The notes: generated by a model from the letters alone, not told the origin. Counted from the stretch's first letter, positions 19,959 through 29,782 are shown. The stretch: 64,000 nt of DNA from an uncultured virus (IMG/VR IMGVR_UViG_2609460245_000002) (IMGVR_UViG_2609460245_000002:1-64000); one strand, 5' to 3'. Numbers and translations: made by a program.

Positions 19959-21821
19959 TTAGTATTCCGTGTCTCGGCCTTCCTCTTCCTTCTGAGCCAT
20001 CCAAGCCTCATACTCACGGCGCTTGTCAGGGTATCGGTCCAGATAATCGTCCAAGTCCCAGATTGTATGGGTCTCGACGTCGTAGTACCAGTTGCCCATC
20101 ATGCCAGTGCGGCCAGTCCATCGGCACTTAGAGAGCTTCACGTTAATCAGGTTCTTTTCGAACTCGTTCTCCGCGTCCTTGTTCCGCCACATCAGAATGT
20201 TAGCTGCGCCAGATTTGAAGATGGACGAAGACCCTTGGAAATCTTCTTCGTACAGTTCCGCACCTGCCGAGTTAGCCTTCTGACCACCACCACTCTTACG
20301 AACGTGGTTGATGTTGATGAACGTCACACGGTGGCTCTTGGTCATACCCTTCTGCCAGCGCATGAACACCGATTGCTCTTCATTGCTCAAACCATCCAGA
20401 ATGTCCTGAAGCGGGTCGAGAATAATCACGCGGCACTCGAACTGAATAATCAGTTGCTCGATTTGAGCCTTGAGGGCTGCTAGGCTTCCGTCTCGGTCAT
20501 CGATCAGATAGAAGCGTGGGCTTCCGTCTTCCTTGTGCCACAAGTCGTACCGAGCGTCACGGTGCCGATCAAGGAACGCCACTTTCTCTTCAACGGTCTC
20601 GTACAAGTCTGCCTTCTCACCTACCTTACGGCTCAGCAGCTTGATTGCGTACTCCCCGCAGTCCGATTCCAGAGTCACAGTACCCGGCATATGAGGCGAG
20701 TTATAAATCCAAAACAGAGTGAACTCATCCACTACAGTAGATTTACCCATGCCCGATGCAGCGCCGATATTCACAATCCGGCCCAACGGGATGCCTCCTG
20801 CCATAGCCTTCTGGAGCTTCTTAGCGAACGGTGGCAGAGGAATCTTCTCAACCTGCACAGCTTCATACATTCGAGCGTCGAGTGCATCAGACCCTACAAT
20901 ACCGCTAGGGGTCCATGTACGGGCTCGATAGAATGCACTGACAAACTCCGATTGACGCCCAGCTTTCAAATACTCGTTAGGGTCTTTACGGTTCATTTCC
21001 ATCATGAACACCTTGCCCTTCGGAAGCTTATCGGCTGCCTTGTCTGCTGCCTCTCGTCCTGCGTCATCGCTGTCGAAACAGAGAATGATTTGCTCGAACC
21101 GGTCTAGCCACTCATACTGAGCCTGTAGCTGCTTCCATGCCCCACTCTCACCGATAGTAGGGCTGACCACTGGAGTCGGTTCATAATCACTCTTACCGCC
21201 TGCTCGCCGGTCATCATACTCCTTGAGCATCTGGAATGCTGATAGCTGGTCAACCTCACCGCCTACAATAAGCACCTTCTTGCTGTTGCTATTCTTGAAC
21301 CTGAACTGACCAAAAAGCTCGCAATCCTTCCCGGTCTCGCCGATAGGCTCTGAGAAGTTCTTCGGCATGATCCGCTGTTTGTAGCCAGTGAGTTCATAAT
21401 TAGTAGTAGTAGGATATAGCTGAGTTGCAATCTCGCCAGTCTCCGGGTCGAAACCATGTAGCACTCCGAAATACTGGCAAGTTTCCTTGGACAGGCCACG
21501 ATAACCACGCGGATCATACGAGCATTGCTCTTTAATTTGAGCATTGATCTCTGCGTTAAATTCAGTTCCCACGAAATTCCACTCCTCTTCGTCTTCTCCC
21601 CGGGCGTCTCTTTCCTGCTCTTCAGAGAGCAAGGTGTACCCACACGCCCAACAATAGGCACCTTTGTGTTCCCCGGTATTACGATCAGTACCATAGACCT
21701 TTAGGTTGTCTCCGCTGTTGTCAGCGCCTTTCTTCCGGCATTGGGGACAAGCGGTCTTGTGGTCAGAATACAGATCGATACCGTGCATAGCCGCAATTTG
21801 GGCCACGGTCATTTTGGACAT
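19959..21821 (-). CDS. DNA primase-helicase (T7 gp4-like)
   Basis: Zn ribbon CPQC/CWAC, Toprim GGEVD and FDSDDAG, Walker A AASGMGKS. Confidence 0.92.
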   Translation of the reverse strand: MSKMTVAQIAAMHGIDLYSDHKTACPQCRKKGADNSGDNLKVYGTDRNTGEHKGAYCWACGYTLLSEEQERDARGEDEEEWNFVGTEFNAEINAQIKEQCSYDPRGYRGLSKETCQYFGVLHGFDPETGEIATQLYPTTTNYELTGYKQRIMPKNFSEPIGETGKDCELFGQFRFKNSNSKKVLIVGGEVDQLSAFQMLKEYDDRRAGGKSDYEPTPVVSPTIGESGAWKQLQAQYEWLDRFEQIILCFDSDDAGREAADKAADKLPKGKVFMMEMNRKDPNEYLKAGRQSEFVSAFYRARTWTPSGIVGSDALDARMYEAVQVEKIPLPPFAKKLQKAMAGGIPLGRIVNIGAASGMGKSTVVDEFTLFWIYNSPHMPGTVTLESDCGEYAIKLLSRKVGEKADLYETVEEKVAFLDRHRDARYDLWHKEDGSPRFYLIDDRDGSLAALKAQIEQLIIQFECRVIILDPLQDILDGLSNEEQSVFMRWQKGMTKSHRVTFININHVRKSGGGQKANSAGAELYEEDFQGSSSIFKSGAANILMWRNKDAENEFEKNLINVKLSKCRWTGRTGMMGNWYYDVETHTIWDLDDYLDRYPDKRREYEAWMAQKEEEGRDTEY

Positions 21822-21849
21822 AAAACCTCCTTACTTCAGACAACCACGG

Positions 21850-21878
21850 AGTTTAGCATCACCTTGTGTTCGTGTCAA
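21850..21878 (-). promoter_or_regulatory. Sigma70-like promoter of the primase-helicase gene
   Basis: TTGACA-N17-TAAACT with extended -10 TG. Confidence 0.75.
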
Positions 21879-22056
21879 CCCCTCTCCGAGACGTATTGGT
21901 CCCGCATTGCACGGTCCATAGGAACAGCCACCTGATAGCCGGAGCCCAGAGTCGTGACTGTCCATTGATCTACAGCGTTCTCTGTCAACCACTCATTCAT
22001 TTCCGAGAACGTGTGGAAGTAGATGTATAGCAGATTGTGGTTTCTCAGTGTAGCCT

Positions 22057-22302
22057 TCATGGCGAGTCGCCTTCTCTCATATGATTGAATGGCGAGAAAT
22101 CCGCATAATCTTCGAACGGACCACTCCAGTAGGTGGCAAACTCGACCTCGGAGAGCCTTCCGTCGTTCTGGTAGTGACCGTTCTCATACCCTCCACACTG
22201 GTGACACATGCCTCCAGTGACTTGCTGCATCCATCCAAACCCAACGTCTACAAACTCAGCTTCGGTTTTCTCTCCACACCATCTGCACTCGGGTCCGTTC
22301 AT
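22057..22302 (-). CDS. Small zinc-ribbon protein
   Basis: CRWC...CHQC. Confidence 0.55.
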   Translation of the reverse strand: MNGPECRWCGEKTEAEFVDVGFGWMQQVTGGMCHQCGGYENGHYQNDGRLSEVEFATYWSGPFEDYADFSPFNHMREGDSP

Positions 22303-22734
22303 TATACCCTCCTACGCCTGCTTGGACAACTCAGAGCGCTCGAAGAACAGGTGAAGGTACTCGATAAGCTCTCCGCTTTCGTCTTCGTAGCTGCCCACAT
22401 CAATAACGCAACCCTCTTCGTCTACTGCGATGATAGTGGCAACACGACCCCGGAAGATGGTATCAGCGTCGTCATTGATCCTCACTTTATCACCCTTCTT
22501 CATTTAATCGCTCCTTCTGTTTATGCTTAGCTTCCGCCTGTATTTGGTTTTATCCCTCTCTACCGAGGGCCTGTTGACTGTGTTTAGAAACTTGAACACC
22601 GGGTTCTTCTTAGCCATAGAATACTCCTGATCCACATTTACTGCAACCCTTATACCAGATGCCAGTCTTATGACGGAGCATGACAGGCTCTCCAAGATGC
22701 AGACAACGGTAGCAGAGTCGTTTCATTTGTCCTC

Positions 22735-23156
22735 CTATAAACGTGTGAAGTCTTTCAGCGGGATATGGACCATAACTTCTTGGTCTTGCCAGTCTCCACG
22801 GTCAATCCTGCCACCCATGCTCATGTAGTTGACGCCATTGGCTGTCATTTTGACATATCCTGTATAGTCCGTCCACTTTACCACAAGGAATGCGGGAATG
22901 TCAAACACCCTTTGCATTTCGATCCCATGGAGCCACTTCATCTGGGACACAAAGAAGTCGGGATATTTCTGCATTTCATTATTCCGAGCCTTAAGCTCCA
23001 CAAAGCTAACAACCTTTCCATTCCGGCAGGCTGCCCAATCCATATAGTGGCTCTAGGTAGCTTATGAAGAGAACACTTCCACCGCCCTTCAAGCTCAGAA
23101 CGGACGGCCTCCTCGACCGCCCTATCTGATGCAGACTCGTAAGTCTGTCTAGCCAC
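22735..23156 (-). CDS. Putative PD-(D/E)xK nuclease, frameshifted near 23045
   Basis: Joined ORFs give E...D...VELK.R motif. Confidence 0.55.
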
Positions 23157-23459
23157 TCAAACCTCCTTGAAGAAGACGTACTCGAAGGAGTTGGTCATAA
23201 TCTGCAACTTGCCCTCCATGAGTTTGCCGTCCACGCCTTCGTCTTCATTTCCCCAGAATCGGAAACGGCAACGCTCGAAATCAAGCTCCAAGAAGCTAGG
23301 CTCAAGCTCTCGAATATCCGGGTCAAGAACATACTCAGGTTTGATATAAAATCCGAGACAAGCAGTGTCCAGCACATCCCAGCCGTTCCAGTGGGAAATG
23401 AAGTAGCTCTCTAGCCCACGTGCTTCAACTACAATCTCATCGCGCTTACTCTGACTCAT
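23157..23459 (-). CDS. Hypothetical protein
   Basis: 100-aa ORF with GGAGG RBS. Confidence 0.6.
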   Translation of the reverse strand: MSQSKRDEIVVEARGLESYFISHWNGWDVLDTACLGFYIKPEYVLDPDIRELEPSFLELDFERCRFRFWGNEDEGVDGKLMEGKLQIMTNSFEYVFFKEV

Positions 23460-23612
23460 GCTTACACACCTCCTTCAGTTTTAATAGAGAAAGAATCTAG
23501 GAAATCTTGGATATAGGGATCGAGTTCGCCAACTGCCTCAATAAGCCGCATGCACTGACGCTCATTATCTTCTTCTTCTAAGATTACGACGCTCATATAC
23601 TTACGCCACTGG

Positions 23613-24269
23613 TCATACAACTCCATTGTTCACCTCCAATTGAATCTTGGTCAAGTACATACCTTGCATTTCATCCAAGAAGTAAATGAGTTCTCCCTGT
23701 TCAACCACCGTCCTGATTAGCGCCCCTGCTACCTCATACTGTAGAATGAGGTGTACGTTACCTTTCCTATCGTAAATCTTCTCTACTACATGCACTACGA
23801 CAGGTGGAGTTTCGTCTTGCTTTACACTCATAGGCACGTCCACTTCTACGACTTGACCAGTCCGTAGCTGCTCGACAGACTCATTCAGTCGCTGAGCGTT
23901 AGCCGGAGAGTCCATAAGGTAGTCGTGGTCACAACCGAAGGCCTCGTCTAGGGTGCTTACGGGAGCTTTTGCTGCCTTGCATGCGATGTACAGGTCAGAC
24001 GAGTCGACAACTACTACAGCCCTGTGATCGGTGTAGGCGTCTAGACGTACTGCACAACATTCTTCTAGTTCAGTCATCACGACAGTACCTTTCAAGCCTC
24101 CTGCGAGGTCATCACAATGTACCCAGCTATCTTCTACGAATCCCGTAGCCAGCAGTTCATCCAAACGTCCATGCGCCTGCGCCCATCGCTTTGCACATCC
24201 AGTGTATGTATCGCAATAGGCCTTAAGGACCACCCGATCTCCCACTTCAACCTTCATAATCTCGCTCAT
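23613..24269 (-). CDS. Hypothetical protein
   Basis: 218-aa ORF; contains YLMDSPANAQRLNESVEQL segment. Confidence 0.6.
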   Translation of the reverse strand: MSEIMKVEVGDRVVLKAYCDTYTGCAKRWAQAHGRLDELLATGFVEDSWVHCDDLAGGLKGTVVMTELEECCAVRLDAYTDHRAVVVVDSSDLYIACKAAKAPVSTLDEAFGCDHDYLMDSPANAQRLNESVEQLRTGQVVEVDVPMSVKQDETPPVVVHVVEKIYDRKGNVHLILQYEVAGALIRTVVEQGELIYFLDEMQGMYLTKIQLEVNNGVV

Positions 24270-24655
24270 GCTTTACTCCCTCTGTTGATAGCTCGTTGCT
24301 TCTTTGCCTCCATGTAGGCATCGTATTGCTCCACTGTCCACGGAGGAAGGTCATTATCCACGCTGAACGGGTTGACGACAACCCATACAGAGACTTTTAT
24401 TCCAAGATTTTCCATGAATGGTCGCTTTGCCTTCTGTGCCGTGAAATAGATCGGGAACCCGTAGTCCCGTAGCCACTCTAACTCTCCGCTGTTGTCAGGG
24501 TGGCGTGCAGTGACTACGATCACATTGAAAGCGCCTCCAAAGCCCCTGAAGGTATCCATGACGATTCGGAAGGCAAGAGGGTAGAGACTGATCGTCTCGT
24601 CGTAGTCGAACGCAATTACGAAAGGTTCGCCCATGAATCCTGCTAACTGGTCCAT
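24266..24655 (-). CDS. HAD-superfamily phosphatase (PNKP 3'-phosphatase-like)
   Basis: IAFDYDETI motif I, VVTAR motif II, Lys motif III; start MDQLAG. Confidence 0.7.
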   Translation of the reverse strand: MDQLAGFMGEPFVIAFDYDETISLYPLAFRIVMDTFRGFGGAFNVIVVTARHPDNSGELEWLRDYGFPIYFTAQKAKRPFMENLGIKVSVWVVVNPFSVDNDLPPWTVEQYDAYMEAKKQRAINRGSKA

Positions 24656-24943
24656 ATTATTTACGCTCCTTTGTGATATACTCCGTGGTGGCCGGTGCCA
24701 CAGGAATGACAGGAGCCGCAACCCAAGCAGACACCTCTTCGTGACAGACAGGGCACTCTGCGAAATAATACCCATCTCCCCGGGGCGACAGAATGAGAAC
24801 GAAACATACTCAAGTTCCGATCTCTTAGCTCGGAGAATGCTTAGGCAATGGTGGCACTTAGCCGTAAACAAAGCCTCTTGAGGGAGTGTCCCTCTCGAAA
24901 TAATTTCCATAAATCCTCCTCTTTGTACTTCAGATGTTTGTGT

Positions 24944-25417
24944 TTAGACATACCAGTCCGGGGCCTTTCTCACAGGAGGTGAGATTGGATCAGGCTTCCT
25001 CTCGATTTTTTCAGGTGCCTCTCCGGGCCACACTTGCCAGCAGTGCCAGATGGTACGTCTCTTGTCATTAGTGTGATCGTACAACACTCCGTCGATGATT
25101 GCAATAGCGTGACCCTTTACCGCGATCCAGAACCGACCTTCAGGGTTTTCCTCAGCAAACTGCCTAAGAGTCTTATCCTTAGCATCCTCCCGGTAGAGCA
25201 TCCGGGTCTAGGGCACCAAGTGTCTGCGTAGCTGAAGCGCTTCTGAGTAGCCCCTTGCCGGTAACCGCGCTTGCACTTCACTTTCAGGTGCTGGTGTGCC
25301 TTTTCATAGGTGGTGTTCCATACGACTGCAAAGCTCACCACCATGCAGTCGTTGGTTTCGCCATACCTACGAGAAGCGTCGAAGAACCTAGGGTAAGGGT
25401 CTTTGAAGGTAGCTTTC
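24944..25417 (-). CDS. Hypothetical protein, frameshifted
   Basis: ETNDCMVVSFAV...GHAIAIIDGVLYD segments in two frames. Confidence 0.45.
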
Positions 25418-25430
25418 GACTCCTCCACGG

Positions 25431-25628
25431 TTACGCACCTACGGTTGGGAAGCAATCTGCAAGAGCTTCGACCTCAAGTTCCCGCGCATCGTCGTCGAAA
25501 TACCCGCAGTCAACGAGCGATGCGTCATACCAGTCCCAGTTGTCAACGCCACCAGCCTCCAGCGCTTGGAGCTTCATACGGTCGCGTAATAGGTCGATTA
25601 GGTCTTCTCGGTAAATAACATGTTTCAT
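25431..25628 (-). CDS. Hypothetical protein
   Basis: LQALEAGGVDNWDWY motif seen in small phage proteins. Confidence 0.6.
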   Translation of the reverse strand: MKHVIYREDLIDLLRDRMKLQALEAGGVDNWDWYDASLVDCGYFDDDARELEVEALADCFPTVGA

Positions 25629-25659
25629 TTATACACTCCTCTGTGATTGATTTGAGAAT

Positions 25660-25688
25660 ACTCTACACGGATTGCAGAGCTTTGTCAA
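25660..25688 (-). promoter_or_regulatory. Sigma70-like promoter
   Basis: TTGACA-N17-TAGAGT. Confidence 0.7.
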
Positions 25689-25696
25689 GCTCTTGT

Positions 25697-25977
25697 ATGC
25701 AGATAGATCGGTAGTGGAGGCAGACCTGTCCCTAGGCTTGCCATACGGATTTTCCGCCTGAGACATGCCTTTGGTCTACCTCTCGCTCTCATGCAGATAT
25801 ACATATATGCAGATGAGTCGGTGAGCGGGGAACATGGGTTCCTTATAGGCTCTGAGCTTTCCCCTTTCGGGTCGTCGCTGCCCTGTTCTCAGATTCGACT
25901 CAGGTTGCGCTTGCAGCTTTCCTCTTCATACGCTATACTGCTGGCCGGTGAGTGACGTGGACATTTCTCTCCAGCAG
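25697..25977 (-). ncRNA. Structured ncRNA candidate, copy 1
   Basis: Homologous to 57548-57826 with compensatory helices, GAAA tetraloop and its own promoter. Confidence 0.75.
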
Positions 25978-25984
25978 AGACCTC

Positions 25985-26046
25985 ACTCTATCACGGATTA
26001 TTTTCTTGTCAAGGCTATTGACACTGCGAAGATATCCGGGCAGAAT
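25985..26046. promoter_or_regulatory. Back-to-back divergent promoters
   Basis: Minus TTGACA-N16-TAGAGT (26012-25985); plus TTGACA-N17-CAGAAT (26018-26046). Confidence 0.7.
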
Positions 26047-26078
26047 ACAACAACTTTCAACACAACAGGAGGGTAGGT

Positions 26079-26312
26079 GTGAAGATCGATATTCGAGACG
26101 AGGCAAGGGAAGTCAGCGAGATTGTCTTCGGGGACAATGTAGCCTGTGCCTGCGGGCTTAAAAAGAGCGAATACAGTGACATACCTGTGTATATCACAGA
26201 CGGTCTACCGGGAGACAGTGGTAGTTGGATCGCGATCCGTGACCTTCTAGATGCTGAGAATCTGCTACTGGCCCTAGAGCGGGCTATTGATCTCGGCTGG
26301 TTTAACAAGTAA
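26079..26312 (+). CDS. Hypothetical protein
   Basis: 77-aa ORF, GTG start, AGGAGG RBS. Confidence 0.6.
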   Translation: MKIDIRDEAREVSEIVFGDNVACACGLKKSEYSDIPVYITDGLPGDSGSWIAIRDLLDAENLLLALERAIDLGWFNK

Positions 26313-26343
26313 TATACCAATTTTCAAACAAGGAGGATAATAT

Positions 26344-27480
26344 ATGAGTAATTCCCAAGACCGCGTACTAGCCCGAGTGGTGCGTATCGACGATGTGAAG
26401 ACCCATCCTAACGCTGACAGCCTCGATCTGGCGCTTGTTGGTGGTTGGCAGTGCGTAATCAAACGAGGGGAATATCAGGCTGGTGATCTGGCAATCTACA
26501 TTGAAGTGGATTCCATGGTGCCTGTAGATAACCCTATCTTTGAATTCCTGCGAGGCCGTAATATGGAAGAGCGGGATGGAAAAGAATATTCTCGAATCAA
26601 GACCATGAAGCTTCGCAAAGAGCTTAGCCAAGGATTGATCGTGCCTGTTCATGCAGCCGGTAGTCCAGAACCGAAAGTAGACGAAGACGTTACCGACCGG
26701 ATGGGCATCCTGAAGTATGTAAAGCCGTCCGAGCAGGCAGCTATCAATGGCGGCAACAAGGGCGACCGAACTGGCACTTCCAAGCTAGGGTTCCCCAACT
26801 TCATCCCGAAAACGGATCAGGCCCGCGTACAGAATATCAAAATGGCCTACGAGAATGCCTACACGAAAGGTGAGAAGTTCGAAGTGACCTTCAAACTGGA
26901 CGGATCGTCTCTCACCATCTGGCATAAAGACGGCGATACCGGTGTAGCCTCTCGTAACGTAGGTTTCCGTCTTGAGGACGAGAAGATCGGCTTCTTCACT
27001 GCGGTCAAGAACTTTTTCAAGGGTCACGGCTGGAAGCGTGTGATTAAGAAGGACTCCAATCACTTCACTGCTATGGCTGAAGAGCTTGATCTTGGTAAGC
27101 GTCTCCGGGAGTTTGGTCTGAATATCGCCCTTCAAGGTGAACTGGTTGCACCGAATATCCAAGGCAACTTCGAGGGAGTTGACAAACCGGAATACTTTGT
27201 GTACGATATCTACAACATTTCGGAGAGTCGTTATTATCTTCCAGAAGAGCGACTTGCAACTTTGAATACTCTAAATAGCAAGGGAGGAGTGAAAATTAAA
27301 CACGTCCCTGTCTACCTGTGGAATGTGGGAGTCCCTGCTGAAATGGAGTCTGTGATTAAAATGGCTAGCGGCGAGTCTGCGTTGAACGGTAAGTACCGGG
27401 AAGGCTTGGTTTTCAAAAGCATGAGCCGAGACTTCAGCTTCAAAGTAATTAGCAATGAGTATCTTCTGAAGGAGGAGTGA
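26344..27480 (+). CDS. RNA ligase (Rnl2/DRB0094-like) with N-terminal OB-like domain
   Basis: HPNADSL, KLDGSS, LQGELV, VYDIY, REGLVFK and FKVIS motifs. Confidence 0.88.
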   Translation: MSNSQDRVLARVVRIDDVKTHPNADSLDLALVGGWQCVIKRGEYQAGDLAIYIEVDSMVPVDNPIFEFLRGRNMEERDGKEYSRIKTMKLRKELSQGLIVPVHAAGSPEPKVDEDVTDRMGILKYVKPSEQAAINGGNKGDRTGTSKLGFPNFIPKTDQARVQNIKMAYENAYTKGEKFEVTFKLDGSSLTIWHKDGDTGVASRNVGFRLEDEKIGFFTAVKNFFKGHGWKRVIKKDSNHFTAMAEELDLGKRLREFGLNIALQGELVAPNIQGNFEGVDKPEYFVYDIYNISESRYYLPEERLATLNTLNSKGGVKIKHVPVYLWNVGVPAEMESVIKMASGESALNGKYREGLVFKSMSRDFSFKVISNEYLLKEE

Positions 27481-27482
27481 AT

Positions 27483-27641
27483 ATGGACTCTTGGGTCTGT
27501 GTAGACGGTGTTGAACGGGCAGGGTGTGAATGCTGTGGAAGCATTCTACCTGTCGAAGAAGTTATAAACGGTTACGGTATGCTGGTTTGTTGCGATTGTT
27601 ATTTTGAAATGCTCTGTGAGGAGGGTGAAGACTATGAGTAA
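27483..27641 (+). CDS. Small Cys-rich zinc-finger protein missing from the ORF track
   Basis: 52-aa MDSWVC...CECC...CCDC with AGGAGG RBS. Confidence 0.55.
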   Translation: MDSWVCVDGVERAGCECCGSILPVEEVINGYGMLVCCDCYFEMLCEEGEDYE

Positions 27642-28444
27642 AGTTAAAGATCATATTGAGGAAGCTCATCGACCAGCTAGCCGAGAGACCACCCACTTGG
27701 GTTCTTTTCGTCTTGGCCAATGGCGTTGGTGGAAAAAAAGTGCCGGCGTTTGTTGTAGCTATGGAGACTCAGGAACTGTCCGCTCAGGACAATCTGTCCC
27801 TCCTGTTATACTTTGGTGCCGGTCATGTAGGCTGGCGACCATGGGGAGAAGTGGGCAACACTTCCCTGCGAATCGATCCGAGTCTTATTGATAAGTGTGC
27901 TTGGGAAGGGGAGACTGAAGTTATTGATGCGATTGGTGGAGAGAAGGACTTCTTCTCATACATTGACGAACAAGAGCTTATCAAAAAGTGCTATGACGCT
28001 TGGATGGAGTGGCCTTTCCACACTGCAATTGTCGAACATCAAGAGCCAACGTTCGGTGAACTATTCGAACGAGAGTCCGTCTTCGAGTTTGTTAGCGGTT
28101 TTAACAAAATGATGACTGGTCTTGAGGTTGTTAACCGCAAGTGGAACACCGATCTGGTCACAGGCGAGCCGATTAAACGTGATGCTCTGCACATGCTGAT
28201 GCTCGTTACCACTGAAATCGCCGAAGCGGCTGAAGGCGTCCGTAAGGATTTGATGGACGATCACTTGCCAGAGCGGAAGATGGAAGAGGTGGAACTGGCC
28301 GACGCTATCATTCGTATCATGGACTATGCTAATGTTCGAGGTCTAGATGTTGCAGGTGCGATCATCGAGAAGATCGAGTACAATATGACCCGTGCGGACC
28401 ATAAGCGAGAGGCACGTCTTGCAGAAGGCGGAAAGAAGGTGTAA
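27634..28444 (+). CDS. MazG-like nucleotide pyrophosphohydrolase (C-terminal domain); frameshift near the 5' end
   Basis: EIAEAAE...EEVELADAIIRIMD...K..YN..R. Confidence 0.75.
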
Positions 28445-28446
28445 TA

Positions 28447-28766
28447 TGAGCTTGCAGTATGTAGTTAGAGGGGACCAGCATATTGACGAAGATGCTACAT
28501 ATCAGTTAAGCTATCCCGATCTTAAAGCTACGTATGAACGCCTATCGAAGCTGGATGATTCCAGCTTCAAGGCTTCCATGCCGGAGGTTCTACACTTCTG
28601 TTGCTTTGTGGCTTGGATAAAAGAAATTCCTAGTTCTTTGTTACTAGGAGACCGAGGATTGATACACTTAATCGCTCATCATATTCATGAAGGAGCAGAA
28701 GACGACGGGCCGCAGGCTTTCAAGTCTTTGAGGCATCAGTTCAATACACTAATGAGATTAGACTAA
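28447..28766 (+). CDS. Hypothetical protein
   Basis: ORF starting MSLQYV. Confidence 0.55.
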
Positions 28767-28777
28767 GGAGGTGTTAA

Positions 28778-29089
28778 ATGGAGCTAGAGGACGTTAAGAA
28801 AGGTCAGGTTGTTATGGTGAATTACCTGAACTTGGACACTCCAAGGCCTACATTCGAGAAACATAACGTCTTAGGTACTGGAGTTGTCGCAGGTATTGAC
28901 AAAGAAGCTAAGAATCTGAACATTAAAGTTCTGTTTGAAAACGGAGAACTGGACTGGGGAAACGCTATCGACGTGAGTCTCATTAATTCCGATCCAGAGG
29001 CTAATAAACTCCGTAAGAAGAAGGTAGCCAAGATCTTCTCGAAAATTGACGAACTGTTTGACGGAGTATGGAGAGTTACTAATCAATAA
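28778..29089 (+). CDS. Hypothetical protein
   Basis: 103-aa ORF with AAGGAGG RBS. Confidence 0.6.
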   Translation: MELEDVKKGQVVMVNYLNLDTPRPTFEKHNVLGTGVVAGIDKEAKNLNIKVLFENGELDWGNAIDVSLINSDPEANKLRKKKVAKIFSKIDELFDGVWRVTNQ

Positions 29090-29090
29090 C

Positions 29091-29125
29091 AAAGAGCCCC
29101 GGTAAGCTTTCGCTCCCGGGGCTTA
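29091..29125. terminator. Hairpin between convergent operons
   Basis: AGCCCCGG...CCGGGGCT. Confidence 0.6.
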
Positions 29126-29126
29126 A

Positions 29127-29441
29127 TTATTCTTGTTTTTCTTTTATTCTCCGCTCAAGTTCGCTAATCTTCCTTTTAAGCGAGTCGAGTTCTTCATATT
29201 GCAAACGGGATTGCCGATCCTGTGTGTACGAGGCCGAGTTTATCTGATCCTGTAGTCTGTTCAGTTTGAGTTCATACCGCCGCTCAGATTCGCTAATTCG
29301 AATCTCGTAGGTCTGGCGTACAGAGTCAAACCGAGCCTCGGGAGTCATCGCTGTGAAAGCCAGAATAGCCATACAGACAAGGAGGGAGATAAACAAAGCC
29401 CCGACTGCTGAAACTAGCGGCCAGTCTTGTTTCCTTGTCAT
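29127..29441 (-). CDS. Membrane-anchored coiled-coil protein
   Basis: N-terminal TM segment followed by heptad-rich region. Confidence 0.6.
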   Translation of the reverse strand: MTRKQDWPLVSAVGALFISLLVCMAILAFTAMTPEARFDSVRQTYEIRISESERRYELKLNRLQDQINSASYTQDRQSRLQYEELDSLKRKISELERRIKEKQE

Positions 29442-29476
29442 TATATTGTCTCCCAGTGTGGGTTAACGGGTTATAG

Positions 29477-29782
29477 TTATTGAGTTTCTGTATCCCGACC
29501 CTTGACGGCATTCATAATCAAAATCAAATACCGGTTGGTTTCTTGTTGTTCTCTTCTTACGTTACTAATTTCACTTTCAAGTCGGCTATTGAATCTCGAC
29601 TCTAGTGCGTTAAGTTTTGCCTCGGATACCATATCTCTTTGCATCGCAAAGATACGTTCTTCCTGCTTAGAAAGACTGGAACTTAGGAATCCAGACCAAG
29701 CCATTAGGATAGCAATTAGCAGAGAGATAACTCCCTGTGTAGCTACCTTGATTAGGCCTTCTTTGCCGTCTTTACTTTCCAT
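29477..29782 (-). CDS. Membrane-anchored coiled-coil protein
   Basis: N-terminal TM segment followed by heptad-rich region. Confidence 0.6.
   Translation of the reverse strand: MESKDGKEGLIKVATQGVISLLIAILMAWSGFLSSSLSKQEERIFAMQRDMVSEAKLNALESRFNSRLESEISNVRREQQETNRYLILIMNAVKGRDTETQ

Noticed and set aside
25815..25827. 13-nt complementarity between ncRNA copy 1 and the 5' end of phage tRNA-Trp
   Set aside because: Copy 2 keeps only about 8 nt and the target is buried in the acceptor stem; probably chance.
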